Of a stretch of DNA of 64,000 nucleotides, positions 41,751-51,627 are shown piece after piece. Source of the stretch: Candidatus Wolfebacteria bacterium GW2011_GWE2_44_13 (GTDB lineage Bacteria; Patescibacteriota; Minisyncoccia; UBA6257; UBA9933); NCBI GenBank assembly GCA_001000675.1, contig LCHW01000001.1, forward strand, positions 488,875-552,874, read 5' to 3'. Made by a program: the position numbers and the translations under genes. The notes under the pieces are model-generated. The model saw only the letters and a program-made list of their open reading frames with translations. It had not been told where the DNA came from and ran no database searches. The first letter of the stretch is position 1, and the number at the start of each line of letters is the position of its first letter.

Positions 41751-42509
41751 TTATTTTTTTACCATAATCCCTACCGGACAATGATCTGACCCTCTTACGC
41801 TAGGAAGTATGAACGCTTTTTTAACCCTCGTAGCAAACATCTTTGAAACAAATACGTAGTCGATGCGCCAGCCTAAATTCCTTTCCCGCGCATTCGCAAA
41901 ATAAGGCCACCAAGAATAATTACCTCCTTCTTTATTCTCCGTGCGAAATGTATCCACGAAACCAAGCTTTTCAAGCGCATCAAGCTTCTCGCGTTCTTCT
42001 GGGGTGAACATGATATTCTTCGTGTTTTGTTTTGGACGTGCTAAATCGAGTTCTGTGTGCGCAATATTCAAATCCCCTATCACAATTACATTTTTACCTT
42101 TTAGTTTTTTAAGGTATACCAATAGCGTATCGTATACTTCTAGCTTATATGTAAGGTTTCTTTTATCGCGCGCTCCTTGTGGTATATACAATGCAATCAC
42201 AATAAAATCGTCATAGTCCAATCGCAAAAATCTTCCCTCACAATCAAATCGCTCCATGCCTAGCGTTGTACTCACCTTGCGCGGTATCTGTTTCGTATAT
42301 ACTGCCACGCCCGCATATCCCTTACGCGTTCCGGTATTATAATATGCTGTATACCCCTTAATCACCCGCAGTTCTTCGGGAATTTGCTCTTCCTGTAATT
42401 TTATTTCCTGTAAACAAACAATGTCTGCCTCCTCCTTTTTAAACCACTCCAAAAATCCTTTCTTATGTACTGATCGTAATCCGTTTACATTCCAAGAATA
42501 AATTTTCAT
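41751..42509 (-). CDS. xth: Exodeoxyribonuclease III
   Basis: SWNVNGLR, LQEIK, GDLNIAH, GWRIDY, SDHCP. Confidence 0.95.
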   Translation of the reverse strand: MKIYSWNVNGLRSVHKKGFLEWFKKEEADIVCLQEIKLQEEQIPEELRVIKGYTAYYNTGTRKGYAGVAVYTKQIPRKVSTTLGMERFDCEGRFLRLDYDDFIVIALYIPQGARDKRNLTYKLEVYDTLLVYLKKLKGKNVIVIGDLNIAHTELDLARPKQNTKNIMFTPEEREKLDALEKLGFVDTFRTENKEGGNYSWWPYFANARERNLGWRIDYVFVSKMFATRVKKAFILPSVRGSDHCPVGIMVKK

Positions 42510-42569
42510 AGATACTTTAGTATACAAAAATAGCCGACATACGGCTATTTTTGTATACGCTTACCGATA

Positions 42570-43976
42570 TTACTTACACTGTCTGCATGCCTCCTGTCCG
42601 CGTGGATCCGGAATCATATCGCAGGATGGCACATTTGTGAACATACCGCAGGATGGTGCTGGCGCAGCCCCTCCTTGTGGCGATACCGCCCCTGTAGGAG
42701 CCGATTGATACCCACCTGCCGCCTCAGGAATCTGCTGTCTGATACTTTCAGGAATTTGTTGTTGTAGCTCTTTTGGTATTTGCTGTTGCAACTCTTTTGG
42801 TATTTGTTGCATCATTTCCTTTGGAATCCCTTGTGGCGCAGATCCTCCTCCATAGCTACCCCCGCCTTCTTGCATCATTTTTGCACGCATAGTTTCCGCA
42901 TATTTTTTCATTGCATCTTCAAAACAAAATTGGATGCTTGTTCCTATTGCTTGTGTTGGCACTATTTCCTTTGCCATAAGCTTGCGATATGTTTCTGCTC
43001 CCATCTTGTTCTCAAAACATGCTTCGACATTTTTTTGCGCCTCCGGATCAATCCCTGCAAGCCCTTGCTGTATTTTTTCCGTGACGTTTTTAATGTTCTC
43101 TTTGTCTTCCTCACTAATCAATCCTTTTTCAATACCAAACTGCACACACTCACTTGCGTGGGCTTGATCATTACAATACGTCGCACATGTTTCTTTTGAT
43201 GTGCATCCTCCAGGGCCCTTCCCGCCGGTTTTCTTCGCTAGCTCGATATCCTCTTTCGTAGCAAGTCCGGCTGCTTCGGCAAAATTTATACATTCATCAA
43301 AATGCTGTTCACTCTTACAATAGCTCTCGCACGATTGTTTTGTTTTACATGCCCCTGGCGTTGTGCCTGCCTTCAAGAACGAAGCAATTTTTCTTGCTTC
43401 CGCTATTTCATTTGCTGGAAGAATGTCTGCTTTTTCCGCAAAAACCAAGCATTCATCAAGGTGGTCCGTAGCTGAACAATATAAGTCACACAACTGTTTG
43501 TCTGTGCATGTTCCTGGCAGCTTTGCTCCGCCCTCTAGTGCCTGTGCAACCTTTTTTGCCTGTGCAAGCTCGGCAGGGGGAAGAATACTAAGCTCTTCTG
43601 CAAACGATACACACGCTTTTATATTTGCTACATTACCTTGGCAGAATTTTTCACATTCCCCGCGCGTTTTGCATTGCCCTGGCGTTTTGCCGGCCACAAT
43701 TCTTTTAATAACGCGCTCTGACTTTTCTATGTCACCCGTACTCAATAATGCGTTCTTTTTTGCAAAATCAATACACGATTGCATATTACCTGTCTGCTCA
43801 CAATATGTTTCGCAATTTTTCTTATCGCTACAGCTCCCTAAGTCTGCTATCGGATATGTTATTTTCCCCAACGCGCTATCTGCGCTTTGCAACTGCGCAA
43901 ATGTTGCTGGGCCAAATAATATGATTCCGCATGCTATAATCCCGGACACACACAGCACTGTTATGGATTTATACAT
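42570..43976 (-). CDS. Exported cysteine-rich repeat protein
   Basis: Signal/TM segment; five G.C-x5-C-x2-[YF]C-x8/9-C..F repeats; QQIP[KE] repeats. Confidence 0.8.
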   Translation of the reverse strand: MYKSITVLCVSGIIACGIILFGPATFAQLQSADSALGKITYPIADLGSCSDKKNCETYCEQTGNMQSCIDFAKKNALLSTGDIEKSERVIKRIVAGKTPGQCKTRGECEKFCQGNVANIKACVSFAEELSILPPAELAQAKKVAQALEGGAKLPGTCTDKQLCDLYCSATDHLDECLVFAEKADILPANEIAEARKIASFLKAGTTPGACKTKQSCESYCKSEQHFDECINFAEAAGLATKEDIELAKKTGGKGPGGCTSKETCATYCNDQAHASECVQFGIEKGLISEEDKENIKNVTEKIQQGLAGIDPEAQKNVEACFENKMGAETYRKLMAKEIVPTQAIGTSIQFCFEDAMKKYAETMRAKMMQEGGGSYGGGSAPQGIPKEMMQQIPKELQQQIPKELQQQIPESIRQQIPEAAGGYQSAPTGAVSPQGGAAPAPSCGMFTNVPSCDMIPDPRGQEACRQCK

Positions 43977-43995
43977 AGTAGAGAATGTTGTTATA

Positions 43996-44232
43996 TTATT
44001 GTTGAGCGAAAGGATTCTCATATCCTTCATACGGACTGACCTTTACATCAAACGGATTTGTTTTTTCAACTGTATCGGAAATCGATGTATTAATCGCTTC
44101 CACAACCGGCGGTATATATTGCTCCTGTTCCGGCACGCTTTCTTTTTTTACCCTCATTGCATAATATACTCCCCCCAGAATCACAAGCACCGCAATAGCA
44201 CCCAACAGTATGTTCCTCTGTTTTGTATTCAT
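43996..44232 (-). CDS. Small single-pass membrane protein
   Basis: N-terminal TM; NPF...NPF tail; in operon order. Confidence 0.7.
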   Translation of the reverse strand: MNTKQRNILLGAIAVLVILGGVYYAMRVKKESVPEQEQYIPPVVEAINTSISDTVEKTNPFDVKVSPYEGYENPFAQQ

Positions 44233-44320
44233 AGATAAAGCATTAGATTATTATGGTTACTCCATTCAGTATACTCCTAAAATCACCTCAACACACAGAA
44301 AAGTTATCCACAGGAGATAT

Positions 44321-44698
44321 TTATTCTTCCGTTTTACGTAACTCAAGACATGCCGAATTAATACAAAACCGCTTTCCTCCTTTTTCACTCGGTCCATCAT
44401 TAAACACATGCCCTAAATGCGCTCCACATGTTTTACAGACAACTTCTGTGCGTTGCATGCCTCCTGCCGTATCTTCTTTTAGTATGACATGCTCTAAATT
44501 TACTGGCTCAGTAAAGCTTGGCCATCCTGTTCCAGAATCAAATTTTGTGTCCGAAGAAAAAAGTTCTGTTCCGCAAATAGTGCATGTGTAGACGCCTTTT
44601 TCATGTGCATCCCAATACTTTCCTGTAAACGGAGCTTCTGTTCCTTTTTCTCGTGCAATGCGACGCACTTCTGGTTCTAATTCTTCATCTTTCTTCAT
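44321..44698 (-). CDS. msrB: Peptide-methionine (R)-S-oxide reductase
   Basis: GTE.PFTG, GWPSF, R.EV.C..C..HLGHVF.DGP, RFCINS. Confidence 0.97.
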   Translation of the reverse strand: MKKDEELEPEVRRIAREKGTEAPFTGKYWDAHEKGVYTCTICGTELFSSDTKFDSGTGWPSFTEPVNLEHVILKEDTAGGMQRTEVVCKTCGAHLGHVFNDGPSEKGGKRFCINSACLELRKTEE

Positions 44699-44700
44699 CC

Positions 44701-45258
44701 TTATTTTGTATGTGATGTAAGCAGTGCGGCAAACTGCTTTTGTAATTTTTCTAGCTTTTGATCGATAATTGCTTGACAGTAGGGAGCGTCTTTATGTTTT
44801 TCATAATAGCGCTGATGATAATCTTCTGCTTCGTAAAATTCTGTAAACGGTTTTATTTCAGTAATAATAGGATCTGAAAACGAATCCTGAACACTAGTAA
44901 TATATTCTCTCGCCTGTCGTTCTTGCGCTTCGCTTGTGTAGAGAATAATGGAACGATACTGTGTCCCCACATCATTCCCTTGCCTGTTAAGCGTCGTTGG
45001 GTCATGCGTTGCAAAAAACACCGTAAGTAGATCGTTCACCGTAATTATACTTGGATTGAACTCTATCTTTGTCACCTCTGCATGCCCTGTTTCGCCCGAG
45101 CTTACGACATCGTAGGTTGGGTTGTGTGTAGTACCCCCAGCGTAGCCTGGTGTCGCAGAAACGATGCCTTTCAAATTCGCGAATATCGCTTCCGTGCACC
45201 AAAAGCATCCGCCTCCAAATACAATTGTTTCACTTTTTTCTTTTATGATTTTGTCCAT
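44701..45258 (-). CDS. msrA: Peptide-methionine (S)-S-oxide reductase
   Basis: GGGCFWC, RQGND.GTQYRS, AEDYHQ.Y. Confidence 0.97.
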   Translation of the reverse strand: MDKIIKEKSETIVFGGGCFWCTEAIFANLKGIVSATPGYAGGTTHNPTYDVVSSGETGHAEVTKIEFNPSIITVNDLLTVFFATHDPTTLNRQGNDVGTQYRSIILYTSEAQERQAREYITSVQDSFSDPIITEIKPFTEFYEAEDYHQRYYEKHKDAPYCQAIIDQKLEKLQKQFAALLTSHTK

Positions 45259-45313
45259 AGTGTGTATTACTTTACTTATGCAATAAAAAAGTCACTATGC
45301 AGTGACCTTTTTA

Positions 45314-45691
45314 TTAGCTCATCTTTAATTCTTTTTTAACTGCACGCACAACATCCTCGAGTGTCCAATTTGCCTTCATCAAAAAATAAGAGAAATCGAG
45401 TGGCGCTTTGTGTCTTACTATTTCATCATCAGGGTTAAGATTGGATAAGATAACGACAGGGACTGTCTTGCCCCATGCATCTTGCCGTAATTCATTGATC
45501 ATAGTAATGCCATCCATAATGGGCATCACAATATCAGCTAAGATTAAGTCTGGATGATCCATGAACGCTCGCTCAAGACCCTTCTTTCCATTCTCTGCCG
45601 TAGTCACCGAGAACCCTTCCTGCGAAAACTTTTCCAGAAGCACATTCGCCTCTGCCTTATCGTCTTCTACAATTAAGATTTTTTTATCCAT
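45314..45691 (-). CDS. Single-domain response regulator
   Basis: LIVEDD, PDLILADIVMP..DG, VILSN. Confidence 0.88.
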   Translation of the reverse strand: MDKKILIVEDDKAEANVLLEKFSQEGFSVTTAENGKKGLERAFMDHPDLILADIVMPIMDGITMINELRQDAWGKTVPVVILSNLNPDDEIVRHKAPLDFSYFLMKANWTLEDVVRAVKKELKMS

Positions 45692-45805
45692 ATTACCTAT
45701 AGTATACCACACAATATTGTTATTTTATATATAATTTGACATATATCCACCTTTGTGACACTCTGTTTTTAGAACCTACCATACCCGAAAGGAGCTATAA
45801 GTATC

Positions 45806-46303
45806 ATGACGAAGAAGGTGCTAAAGGACGTGCAACAAGGCGACCCTGTTATTCGTGTCAGCCACGGCTTCACGTATAGTCAACTCTTCCGCAATAATGG
45901 CACTGTCACCGCAGTTACCGCGTCAGTCATCACCTGCGAAATAGCCGTCGACGTACCCCGTACAATGGAGTTTGATGCTCGCACGGGTATCAATGTGCTG
46001 GGTGCTAATTTCGGATGGATTGAGCTCCCTTGCGACACTAGTGAAGGCGCCCGCCTTACGCGCAATGCTATCGTTCCCCTACTCAATGCAGCGGAGCGTG
46101 CGTTTGTCAGTGGCAGCCCGCAAGAGCACACTCGTATCCAACAGAAACTGGTCGACGGCATCTACGGCATGACGCGTATTCGCCCTACCGAGGGTCCGCT
46201 GTATGAGCGCATGCGGTTACTCGAATCCCTCTTTGCTAAAAAGGGCTACCTGGGTGCTGCCGATGATCTTCCGGATATCTACCTCGATTACATGACTCCT
46301 TAA
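45806..46303 (+). CDS. Hypothetical protein
   Basis: AAAGGAG SD; terminator gaccctc-ttcg-gagggtc plus T-run at 46313-46337. Confidence 0.7.
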   Translation: MTKKVLKDVQQGDPVIRVSHGFTYSQLFRNNGTVTAVTASVITCEIAVDVPRTMEFDARTGINVLGANFGWIELPCDTSEGARLTRNAIVPLLNAAERAFVSGSPQEHTRIQQKLVDGIYGMTRIRPTEGPLYERMRLLESLFAKKGYLGAADDLPDIYLDYMTP

Positions 46304-46389
46304 CCCTTTCGCGACCCTCTTCGGAGGGTCATTTTTATCCCCCACTATTATTTGCACAAACCGCACAAACATACTATTCTATACGCATT

Positions 46390-46608
46390 ATGGAAAACAC
46401 AACACAACAAACCCCCGAGGGATGGCATGCTGAAGCATGGGAAGCATTCAATGCAAAGATGAAGACGATGTCAAAAGAAGAGCTTATTAAGGCATTTGAG
46501 GATCTCGATCTCGTATTCGAAGAGCCGGAAGAGCTTACTGCTGAAGATGTCATCTCTATTGCCGATGTCTTGTCCGAAGAAGATGTGCGCGCATATTTCA
46601 AAATATAA
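46390..46608 (+). CDS. Small acidic hypothetical protein
   Basis: Coding-like composition; terminator 46615-46647. Confidence 0.6.
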   Translation: MENTTQQTPEGWHAEAWEAFNAKMKTMSKEELIKAFEDLDLVFEEPEELTAEDVISIADVLSEEDVRAYFKI

Positions 46609-46681
46609 CGTTATATAAAATACCCCCGAAATTCGGGGGTATTTTATAGTGGCTATGAACACGAATATGGAAAGCTTAGCT

Positions 46682-46709
46682 TGTCATTCCCGCGGATGCG
46701 GGAATCCAG
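46682..46709. repeat. Single REP-like palindrome
   Basis: tgtcattcccgcggatgcgggaatccag. Confidence 0.8.
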
Positions 46710-46722
46710 AATTTTCTATATT

Positions 46723-47121
46723 TTATTCAGTCGTTACTCCATCGAATTCTGCTTCGTTTGCCATTGCATCCTCCTTGGTCGTTCGCACAATGCCATCCTT
46801 GTGATGTGCTGGGGAATAGATCGTGTACAGCTTTAATGCTTCTGTTTCTGATGTATTGATAATATTATGCTCTGCTCCTGCTGGCACAATGATTACTGAA
46901 CCATCAGTAAGTGCGTATTCATTACCATCAATAATACATTTACCACTCCCCTGTTCAAATCGGAAAAACTGATCATTTTCTTCGTGCACTTCCATCCCAA
47001 TATCTTCGTTTGGCTTAAGACTCATCAATACGAGCTGACAATGCTTTCCCGTATAGAGAACTCTTCTAAAATTTTCATTCTCTACCGTTTCTTTTTCGAT
47101 ATTTGCATTAAATCCTTTCAT
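46723..47121 (-). CDS. Cupin domain protein
   Basis: FRRVLYTG..CQLVLM, E.H...DQFF, PAG..HN, LYTIYSP..H. Confidence 0.9.
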   Translation of the reverse strand: MKGFNANIEKETVENENFRRVLYTGKHCQLVLMSLKPNEDIGMEVHEENDQFFRFEQGSGKCIIDGNEYALTDGSVIIVPAGAEHNIINTSETEALKLYTIYSPAHHKDGIVRTTKEDAMANEAEFDGVTTE

Positions 47122-47194
47122 GGTTTTTATGTAGTTAGTTTTTATAGCATACAACGCATCTTAAAAAGATGCGTTGTATGTAAATCGTATTCTT

Positions 47195-47614
47195 TTATTT
47201 GCCCTTTTTCGCTACTTTCTTAACCGCTTTTTTAACTACTGCCTTAACATTCTTTACGCTCTTTACGGCATCCTTTTTTGTTGCTTTTGCAGAGCTATTG
47301 ATCGTTTTCCAGTGCTTTTTAAGATCCTTTGCCAAATCGATGATTTCTTCTGCGCTTGCCTTTCGTCCTTTTGCATAGGTTGCGGCAACGGAATCGATGA
47401 TTTCAGCATATACTGGCTCGCTGATTTCTTTTGCCATTTCAAGCTTTTCTACCACATCACCTTTCATCTTAATTGCCCATGCTTTTGCATGCTTTTGATT
47501 CTTTGCTCCCTTTGGTCCAAAGAAGAAATATGCAGTTGCTGCTAAACCAGCAAGTCCTGCTCCAACGGCTGCCATCTTCACCCCACTTCCTGCGTTCTTT
47601 TTTGCTTTTTTCAT
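47195..47614 (-). CDS. Lys/Ala-rich hypothetical protein with N-terminal anchor
   Basis: GAGLAGLAATAYFFFG followed by a basic helical region. Confidence 0.75.
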   Translation of the reverse strand: MKKAKKNAGSGVKMAAVGAGLAGLAATAYFFFGPKGAKNQKHAKAWAIKMKGDVVEKLEMAKEISEPVYAEIIDSVAATYAKGRKASAEEIIDLAKDLKKHWKTINSSAKATKKDAVKSVKNVKAVVKKAVKKVAKKGK

Positions 47615-47641
47615 TGTTGTAAATTATTTATTATTTTTTTA

Positions 47642-47908
47642 TTATGTGTCCTTTTTTGTTGCTTTCTTTTTCCTTCGTGCTGGAGGGAAAAACATTCGAA
47701 ACACCAAATTGTCTTCTAGACGCTCTCGTAATTCTTCAACAAATTCTTGCGAATCCGTAAAGCATTCTTTGAGTGTCTCTGAGAGCATATAGAGATTTTT
47801 TCCTGCCTTGATGAGATAAACCACAAGGACAGAAAGTAGAATCGCTAATACGACCGTTGCCACAGATGCAATAAAGAAAAAGATATCTGCTTTTATTAAT
47901 GATTCCAT
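47642..47908 (-). CDS. Small membrane protein
   Basis: MESLIKADIFFFI TM segment and basic tail. Confidence 0.7.
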   Translation of the reverse strand: MESLIKADIFFFIASVATVVLAILLSVLVVYLIKAGKNLYMLSETLKECFTDSQEFVEELRERLEDNLVFRMFFPPARRKKKATKKDT

Positions 47909-47984
47909 AGTTCTATTATACCACGCCCCTGTAAAAAACGTAAAGCAATCCCATTTATGCCATCCCCGAGCAGCCATTGCATTT

Positions 47985-48050
47985 TGTCATTCCCGCGTAG
48001 GCGGGAATCCATCCCCATAATACTGGATCCCCGCCTACGCGGGGATGACA
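47985..48050. repeat. REP-like doublet
   Basis: tgtcattcccgcgtaggcgggaatcca-spacer-tggatccccgcctacgcggggatgaca. Confidence 0.85.
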
Positions 48051-48081
48051 TGTACACAGCAATGATTAATTGGAAATCGCA

Positions 48082-48999
48082 TTATCTAAATATCACCGAT
48101 CCGGTGTCATACGGCAACTCCAAAATTAACTCACCTTTTGAGGTAAACAAGTAGCTTTGCGCTTCACTAAGCATTTTTGAAAAATCCCCTTCTTGCGAAT
48201 TTTCGCAGTACATGAGCGTAGACATCATCCGCGTGAATGCTATTTTATTTCCGTCTACTGCATATTCACCTCCGACACCATTACAATCGGTTGATGCAGA
48301 AAATCTCTTCCCATCTGTAAACGTAAGTACAAACTTTTTATTCGCGCGCGGTATTATTTCTGTGTCGTTATTATATATCGTGCGCTCCCATGTCCACGGC
48401 TTCATAGTAAGCGTCATTCGTGCTGGGTCTGCTTCTCCTTCAAAATTTTGCGCTACTTCTCCAAATTGCATCGTTGCTGTATCGAGCAAGAGCCATATAC
48501 TTTTTCCAACCGATGGTTGCGTTGTAAAACTTTCTCCGCTCTTTCTCTCCGCATAATTTACTACCACAATAGTTCCCTTCCCCATACTTGTTGATTGCGG
48601 AGCAATGCGATCGCCTAACAATACGCCATGCGATCCAATAGGCCCGTTTGCCGTGTCCAGTCGCGCAACCACATAAAAGAACGTACCGCTTCCGCCCATT
48701 TCTTGCGTTACTAAAAATACACTATCTTCTCTTCCGTCGCCGTTAAAATCATGACGCACTTCGTTACCAAAATAGCGCGTAATTACTTTAGTCGCCGACC
48801 TTGGAGCTGCTTCGACTTCTGAAACTCCATTCACAAGCGTTACGCTCGTCCCATTAATTATATATATTCCATCGTGTTCTCCTATTTGCGTTCGGCTTTC
48901 GCTATTCTCAATGCTATCTGTTACGTTGCGCGTGTATATCCCAAATCCAAGTGCTAATACCGCAAGAACTGCCGCGATGATTATTGCTATTTTTTTCAT
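48082..48999 (-). CDS. META-domain (HslJ-like) membrane-anchored protein
   Basis: C-terminal STDCN..GG.Y...STLMYC; GGSGTFFY and LLGDRI in the middle domain. Confidence 0.8.
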   Translation of the reverse strand: MKKIAIIIAAVLAVLALGFGIYTRNVTDSIENSESRTQIGEHDGIYIINGTSVTLVNGVSEVEAAPRSATKVITRYFGNEVRHDFNGDGREDSVFLVTQEMGGSGTFFYVVARLDTANGPIGSHGVLLGDRIAPQSTSMGKGTIVVVNYAERKSGESFTTQPSVGKSIWLLLDTATMQFGEVAQNFEGEADPARMTLTMKPWTWERTIYNNDTEIIPRANKKFVLTFTDGKRFSASTDCNGVGGEYAVDGNKIAFTRMMSTLMYCENSQEGDFSKMLSEAQSYLFTSKGELILELPYDTGSVIFR

Positions 49000-49039
49000 A
49001 GTTTTATTATACCTTATTTTAATTATCTATAGCATAGCT

Positions 49040-49105
49040 TGTCATTCCCGCGAAAGCGGGAATCCATCCCCATACTACTGGATCCCCGCCTACGCGGGGA
49101 TGACA
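49040..49105. repeat. REP-like doublet, near-identical to 47985-48050
   Basis: tgtcattcccgcgaaagcgggaatcca-spacer-tggatccccgcctacgcggggatgaca. Confidence 0.85.
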
Positions 49106-49153
49106 GAAGGTGAACAATAAAAATAGCCCGCTTTGGGGCTATTTTATATCTAC

Positions 49154-49900
49154 TTATTTCTTAGCAAATCCTTCAAGTGCCTTAAGTACTTCCATTGGAA
49201 CCATATACACAACGGTATTTGATTGATCCGAAGACATATCGTTTATCGACTGCAATGTTCGTAAGTGCAACGCACCAGGGATTGCGCTCAATGCTTCTGC
49301 TGCCTTTGCGATGTTTTGAGAAGCTGCGAGTTCTCCTTCTGAATTAATAATAACGGCTCGCTTTTCACGTTCTGCTTCTGCCTGCTTGCCGATTGTTCGT
49401 TCCATTTCTGGTGGCAAGCTTACGTCCTTTAACTCAACATTATTCACTTTAAGTCCCCATGCGTCTGTTTCAATATCAACAATTTCTCGAATTCTGTCTG
49501 CAATTTTATCCCGGCTTGAAAGCAATTCGTCTAAGGTAACTTCTCCGACAATATTGCGCATTGTTGTTTGTGCATATTGCGAAATGGCATAGCGAAAATC
49601 TTCTACTTCGATGATTGCCTTTGGTGCGTCGCTTACCTTGTAATAAATAACTGCGTTTACGCGCACCGACACGTTATCTCGGGTAATTGCGTTTTGATCG
49701 GGCACATCTACTGCCTTTACGCGTACGTCTACTTTTTGATACCCCTGAATAATAGGGAGTACTATTCTCCATCCTGGCTCCATTATTGAGGTAAACTTTC
49801 CAAACGTAAATTTAATACCTTTTTCGTATTGATTAATCTGACGAATACTTCCGATGATTATAAGGATAACGACAATGGCTAGAAATTGAACAAGGGGCAT
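49154..49900 (-). CDS. SPFH/stomatin (band 7) protein
   Basis: ITRDNV, AQTTMR..VG...LDELL, QAEAERE.RA, LRTLQ. Confidence 0.93.
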   Translation of the reverse strand: MPLVQFLAIVVILIIIGSIRQINQYEKGIKFTFGKFTSIMEPGWRIVLPIIQGYQKVDVRVKAVDVPDQNAITRDNVSVRVNAVIYYKVSDAPKAIIEVEDFRYAISQYAQTTMRNIVGEVTLDELLSSRDKIADRIREIVDIETDAWGLKVNNVELKDVSLPPEMERTIGKQAEAEREKRAVIINSEGELAASQNIAKAAEALSAIPGALHLRTLQSINDMSSDQSNTVVYMVPMEVLKALEGFAKK

Positions 49901-49962
49901 AGGTGTAAGTTATTAGTGATTATTATCTATCATACTGCAGTCGCCGTGGGATAACAAATGGG

Positions 49963-50607
49963 TTATCGTTTGAGCCGCTTATCCAAAAGATATAGCGCAA
50001 TGCCTACAATAAGCAACCACGAGAGCCCAAGGGTAAGGAATGTTATCCATCCGACGTTAATAAAGGCTTCGCCTCCATATACGGCAATATAGACAAAGGG
50101 CAATTCTGCAACAAGCGTTATGCACATATATTTCCAAAAACTATAGTGCAGTGTGCCAAACACATATCCTGTTTCCGATGGCGTTGCCAAGCGAAACAAA
50201 AACGCAACAGAAATATCTATTTTTTCAGACAGTGTTTCCATCCATTTTTCCAAGTTTCTCTTTGGCGCAATCTTTTGCACCACTGGATATCCCAAAAAGT
50301 AACCAATACTATACGAAATTCCTCCGCCTAACACCCAACCTGTTAATAACAGCAACGCTGTTGTTTCCGTACCCCACACTACTATTGCTAGTGGCACAAG
50401 TGGTACGCTTGAAAATGGACTTAGCAATGCGCTCATTGCTGCGAACCCTACGAATACCAATGGGCCCAGTACAGAATGTGCATGTGCATAGGCATCCAGC
50501 TTATCGGTTACACGAAAAAATACATCCTGAAAAATTGCCGATGAGGCAAACAGGATAAATATAAATAGTAGTAATGCACCTACAATAAAAATCTGCTTCT
50601 TATGCAT
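49963..50607 (-). CDS. VTT/TVP38 (DedA superfamily) membrane protein
   Basis: Multiple TM helices; G...SY.IG..LG; FLFRL..P. Confidence 0.78.
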   Translation of the reverse strand: MHKKQIFIVGALLLFIFILFASSAIFQDVFFRVTDKLDAYAHAHSVLGPLVFVGFAAMSALLSPFSSVPLVPLAIVVWGTETTALLLLTGWVLGGGISYSIGYFLGYPVVQKIAPKRNLEKWMETLSEKIDISVAFLFRLATPSETGYVFGTLHYSFWKYMCITLVAELPFVYIAVYGGEAFINVGWITFLTLGLSWLLIVGIALYLLDKRLKR

Positions 50608-50692
50608 AACACGCTTATGATGTAATTAACGCCGATCCAGTCTTTACCTCCTTAGTATATCCCACTTCCTTTTCTTGGTATATCTGCGACTT

Positions 50693-51406
50693 TTAATCGC
50701 TTAAGTCCTCTTTTTTGAATGTTTCCTGAATATCTTCGTACGTCACCTGTTCAGGCAATTCTTTTACCGTCTTTGGTTCTCGCTTGTACCGAATATATTC
50801 AATACCCATCGGAATAAACGATGCCAATACAATTCCAATCACAATGTATTCAAAATTTTCTTTTACAAACGGAAGTCCTCCGAAGAAATAGCCAATACTC
50901 GTAAAACTCGTCACCCAAACGAATGCACCCGCAACGTTGTACATAAAAAATGTACCGTAATGCATTTTCCCTATTCCAGCCACAAAGGGCGCAAACGTTC
51001 TAATGATAGGCAAGAAGCGTGCAATAATAACCGTCTTCCCTCCGTGCTTTTCATAAAACTCTCGCGTCTTTTCTAAGTATTCTTTTTTAAAAAATCGCGC
51101 ATTATCTTTGTAAAATACTTTCGGTCCCACATGGTGCCCAATCCAATAGTTCACCGTATCGCCTAAAATAGCCGCTGCGATCATAATACTGTATGCAACC
51201 CCTATTTTAAGAAACCCCCCTCCTGCAAGCACGCCCACGGCAAAAAGCAACGAATCCCCTGGGAGAATCGGCGCAATAACCAGACCTGTTTCCGCGAAAA
51301 GCACAAGGAATATAATCGCGTACGCCCACGCGCCAAAAAGCGCAATGACGCTTTCTAGATATATATCAACATGCAAAATAAAATCGATAATTTCCATTTC
51401 CTTCAA
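50693..51406 (-). CDS. dedA: DedA family protein
   Basis: FAETGL...LPGDSLLF, GD.VNYWIG, ARF.PI.RTFAPFVAG. Confidence 0.92.
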   Translation of the reverse strand: MKEMEIIDFILHVDIYLESVIALFGAWAYAIIFLVLFAETGLVIAPILPGDSLLFAVGVLAGGGFLKIGVAYSIMIAAAILGDTVNYWIGHHVGPKVFYKDNARFFKKEYLEKTREFYEKHGGKTVIIARFLPIIRTFAPFVAGIGKMHYGTFFMYNVAGAFVWVTSFTSIGYFFGGLPFVKENFEYIVIGIVLASFIPMGIEYIRYKREPKTVKELPEQVTYEDIQETFKKEDLSD

Positions 51407-51477
51407 TCGGTTACTCCTCTTAGTTGTTCAATAGTAGCAAATTCTTACCCATTATGTAACTATCGCACGATTCTTTT

Positions 51478-51569
51478 TGTCATTCCCAAACTCAGGTCCC
51501 CGCGTCCGCGAGGATAAACTCCGGCGGGAATCCATAACATGCTAGATTCCCGCCTTCGCGGGAATGACA
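51478..51569. repeat. REP-like doublet with nested hairpin
   Basis: tgtcattccc...gataaactccggcgggaatcca...tagattcccgccttcgcgggaatgaca. Confidence 0.8.
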
Positions 51570-51627
51570 CGCATTGCGTCTTCGTACTAATAAAAAATAC
51601 GCTCCCATGAACGTATTTTTACTTCCT

